64,000 bases of DNA from IMG/VR virus record IMGVR_UViG_3300032435_000001; one strand, given 5' to 3'. Numbering within the stretch: the stretch's first letter is position 1; each line of letters opens with the position of its first letter. Below the pieces are notes generated by a model. The model made no database searches and was not told where the DNA came from. It worked only from the letters and a program-made list of their open reading frames with translations. Below are positions 62,166-64,000 of this stretch, in pieces. The position numbers and the translations under genes are program-made. Origin of the DNA: a virus.

Positions 62166-62696
62166 TTAATAACCAATTCTATCATCATCGTATTCATCAT
62201 AATCATCCATCTCAAAATCCACATCATTAGACGTTTTAAAAACTTCGATATTAATAATTTTCGCTCCAAAACCTTGATTTAATAGTGAAATCTCATTTTC
62301 GTGAGGGTGTTGCATTTTATTTGATAAAGTGGCCATTACATCTACCAATTTTTTTGGTGCTTTAACAGTTAGCATGTAAGGTTTACCACCGCCAACATGA
62401 CTAGCTTGGTTATGTGATTGCTCTAGTTCACGTCTATTTATAACATAATGGGTACCAACCTCATTATAATTCAAATCTTTTTTATTTTTTAAAAAAACCA
62501 CTCTATGTAGTGTAAGGGTATTTGGTAACCTATCCACAATCTCCAAATTTTGTTTAAGAAAATCTTTAGCTATATCCTTATCACTAAAAGCTGTTCTCAT
62601 ACCTAAATCTATTAATTCTTTAACTTGAAGAGGTTTAATACCCATAGAATTCTCTAATAATTTAACCCTTAATGATTCTTTTATAAAAACTATCAT
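62166..62696 (-). CDS. Hypothetical protein, possibly ADP-ribosyltransferase-like fold
   Basis: TLHR...GTHY...ENEI spacing. TATTTATA lies upstream on the - strand. Confidence 0.45.
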   Translation of the reverse strand: MIVFIKESLRVKLLENSMGIKPLQVKELIDLGMRTAFSDKDIAKDFLKQNLEIVDRLPNTLTLHRVVFLKNKKDLNYNEVGTHYVINRRELEQSHNQASHVGGGKPYMLTVKAPKKLVDVMATLSNKMQHPHENEISLLNQGFGAKIINIEVFKTSNDVDFEMDDYDEYDDDRIGY

Positions 62697-62740
62697 AATT
62701 TCTTTTAATATAAATACTTGGATTTTAATTAAAAGATTAG

Positions 62741-62748
62741 TATTTTTG
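62741..62748 (+). promoter_or_regulatory. Bacteroidota-type -7 element TATTTTTG
   Basis: 18 nt upstream of ATG 62767, with TTG about 20 nt further upstream. Confidence 0.55.
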
Positions 62749-62766
62749 TGATAAAATAAAGCAATA

Positions 62767-64000
62767 ATGGCGAAAATTGAGAAAAGTATGGTCTATTTAG
62801 AACCAATAGAACATGTTTATATTCATAGGGAGAGTGGAAAGCGTTTCACATCGGTAACCAAAGTTCTATCTTCAATAGAACCTCATTTCGAGGGTGATAG
62901 AATAGCTGGTAATATCGCTAAACAATCAGACTCAAACCCAAAAAAAAACCCAGCTTATATTGGGATGAATAAAGAACAAATATTAGATTATTGGCAAGAG
63001 TTGAATGACACTGCTAATATATACGGTACTATGGTTCATGAAATAGTTGAGAGATATCTATTAGCTAATAAAATGTATTTCACTAGCGACCCTTTTGAAT
63101 TGAAGGTGATTAAAGCTTATGAAGATTTAGAGGTTGATGAAGGTATTGAAATATACCCAGAGAGGATTATGTTTTCAGAAGAGTACGAATTAGCTGGCAC
63201 TGCTGATTTAAAGATTGATATTAATGAAACATACTTTGATATTGGGGATTGGAAAGGTTTACCAATAGACACACCAATATTCACTAATAATGGTTGGAAA
63301 ACTATGGCTAGCTTATCACATGGTGATAAAGTTTATGATATGGATGGTAAATTATGTGATATTTTACATTTTTCCGAAATAAAAAATAAAGATTGTTTTG
63401 AAATTGAATTTGATAATGGTGAAGTAATAATATCTGACCATGAGCATAGATGGTTGGTTTCATTTATGCGTAGTGGGAATTTAACTGATAAAGTTATGAC
63501 ATCAGAAGAATTATTTGAACACACTAATAAGTTAGGTACTAAAAGATGGTCATATAAAATACCTAAGGTTAAAATATGTAAAGCTTTGGATAATCAACAC
63601 ATTGATTTACCTTTAGACCCTTATTTATTGGGTGTTTGGTTATGTGATGGGGATAAAGATATTACCAAAACGATAATCGTTGATGAAAATGTTTGGTTAG
63701 AATTAAATTTGGTAAATGATAAACGTATACCAGATACATTTTTTATGTCATCATATGAACAACGTGTGGGTTTATTACGTGGGTTTATGGATGTTAATGG
63801 TCATTATAACAAGTCACGTAAAAGATTTGTTATGTCAACAACTATAGAGTGGCAAGGAAATGAATTTAATAAGTTAGCGTCTTCACTAGGTATTAAAACA
63901 ACTGTTATTAAATATAATAAAAAGGTTAATGGTGAAATTGTTGACGTAATTGATATTTGCTTTAGTACAGATAATTTAAACCCATTTTTAAGTAAAGAGG
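62767..64000 (+). CDS. PD-(D/E)xK (Cas4/RecB-like) exonuclease containing an intein, truncated by the window end (absent from the ORF track)
   Basis: Manual translation: MAKIEKS...TSVTKVL...GTMVHEIVE...PERIM...LAGTADL...IGDWK|GLPIDTPIFTNNGWKTM... Confidence 0.85.
   Translation, partial: MAKIEKSMVYLEPIEHVYIHRESGKRFTSVTKVLSSIEPHFEGDRIAGNIAKQSDSNPKKNPAYIGMNKEQILDYWQELNDTANIYGTMVHEIVERYLLANKMYFTSDPFELKVIKAYEDLEVDEGIEIYPERIMFSEEYELAGTADLKIDINETYFDIGDWKGLPIDTPIFTNNGWKTMASLSHGDKVYDMDGKLCDILHFSEIKNKDCFEIEFDNGEVIISDHEHRWLVSFMRSGNLTDKVMTSEELFEHTNKLGTKRWSYKIPKVKICKALDNQHIDLPLDPYLLGVWLCDGDKDITKTIIVDENVWLELNLVNDKRIPDTFFMSSYEQRVGLLRGFMDVNGHYNKSRKRFVMSTTIEWQGNEFNKLASSLGIKTTVIKYNKKVNGEIVDVIDICFSTDNLNPFLSKE
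63256..64000 (+). mobile_element. Intein (Gly-1, probably class 3) with degenerate LAGLIDADG motifs, partial
   Basis: GLPIDTPIFTNNGWKTMASLSHGDKVYD block A, SDHEHRW block B, LDPYLLGVWLCDG and LLRGFMDVNG. Confidence 0.85.

Noticed and set aside
62767-63255. CRISPR-associated Cas4 adaptation module
   Set aside because: It is a stand-alone phage PD-(D/E)xK nuclease with no cas1/cas2 or array in view.

Overview
A 64 kb, very AT-rich segment of a large T4-like or jumbo myophage genome, standard genetic code, with most genes on the + strand. The host is probably Bacteroidota: TAnnTTTG promoters, A-rich leaders without Shine-Dalgarno sequences, and SprB-like repeats all point that way. Gene order: tail-fibre-like cassette; sheath; antisense Hef-like endonuclease; tube; antisense metallophosphoesterase; gp26/gp51-like tail chaperone pair apparently joined by a programmed frameshift; tape measure; baseplate hub genes carrying four peptidoglycan-directed modules; replication block (gp32-like SSB, RecA/UvsX-like, 5'-3' exonuclease, helicase, NrdB/NrdA); baseplate wedge and Cys-rich structural genes; RuvC-like resolvase; primase; and a PD-(D/E)xK nuclease truncated at the window edge. 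The most striking feature is the replicative helicase. It is fractured into two genes by a naturally split, gp41-8-like intein with no endonuclease between the halves, and its N-terminal half also carries a cis-splicing class-3 intein in the Walker A motif. A third intein, beginning with Gly, interrupts the active-site motif of the terminal nuclease. All family assignments are motif recognition by eye, not database results.
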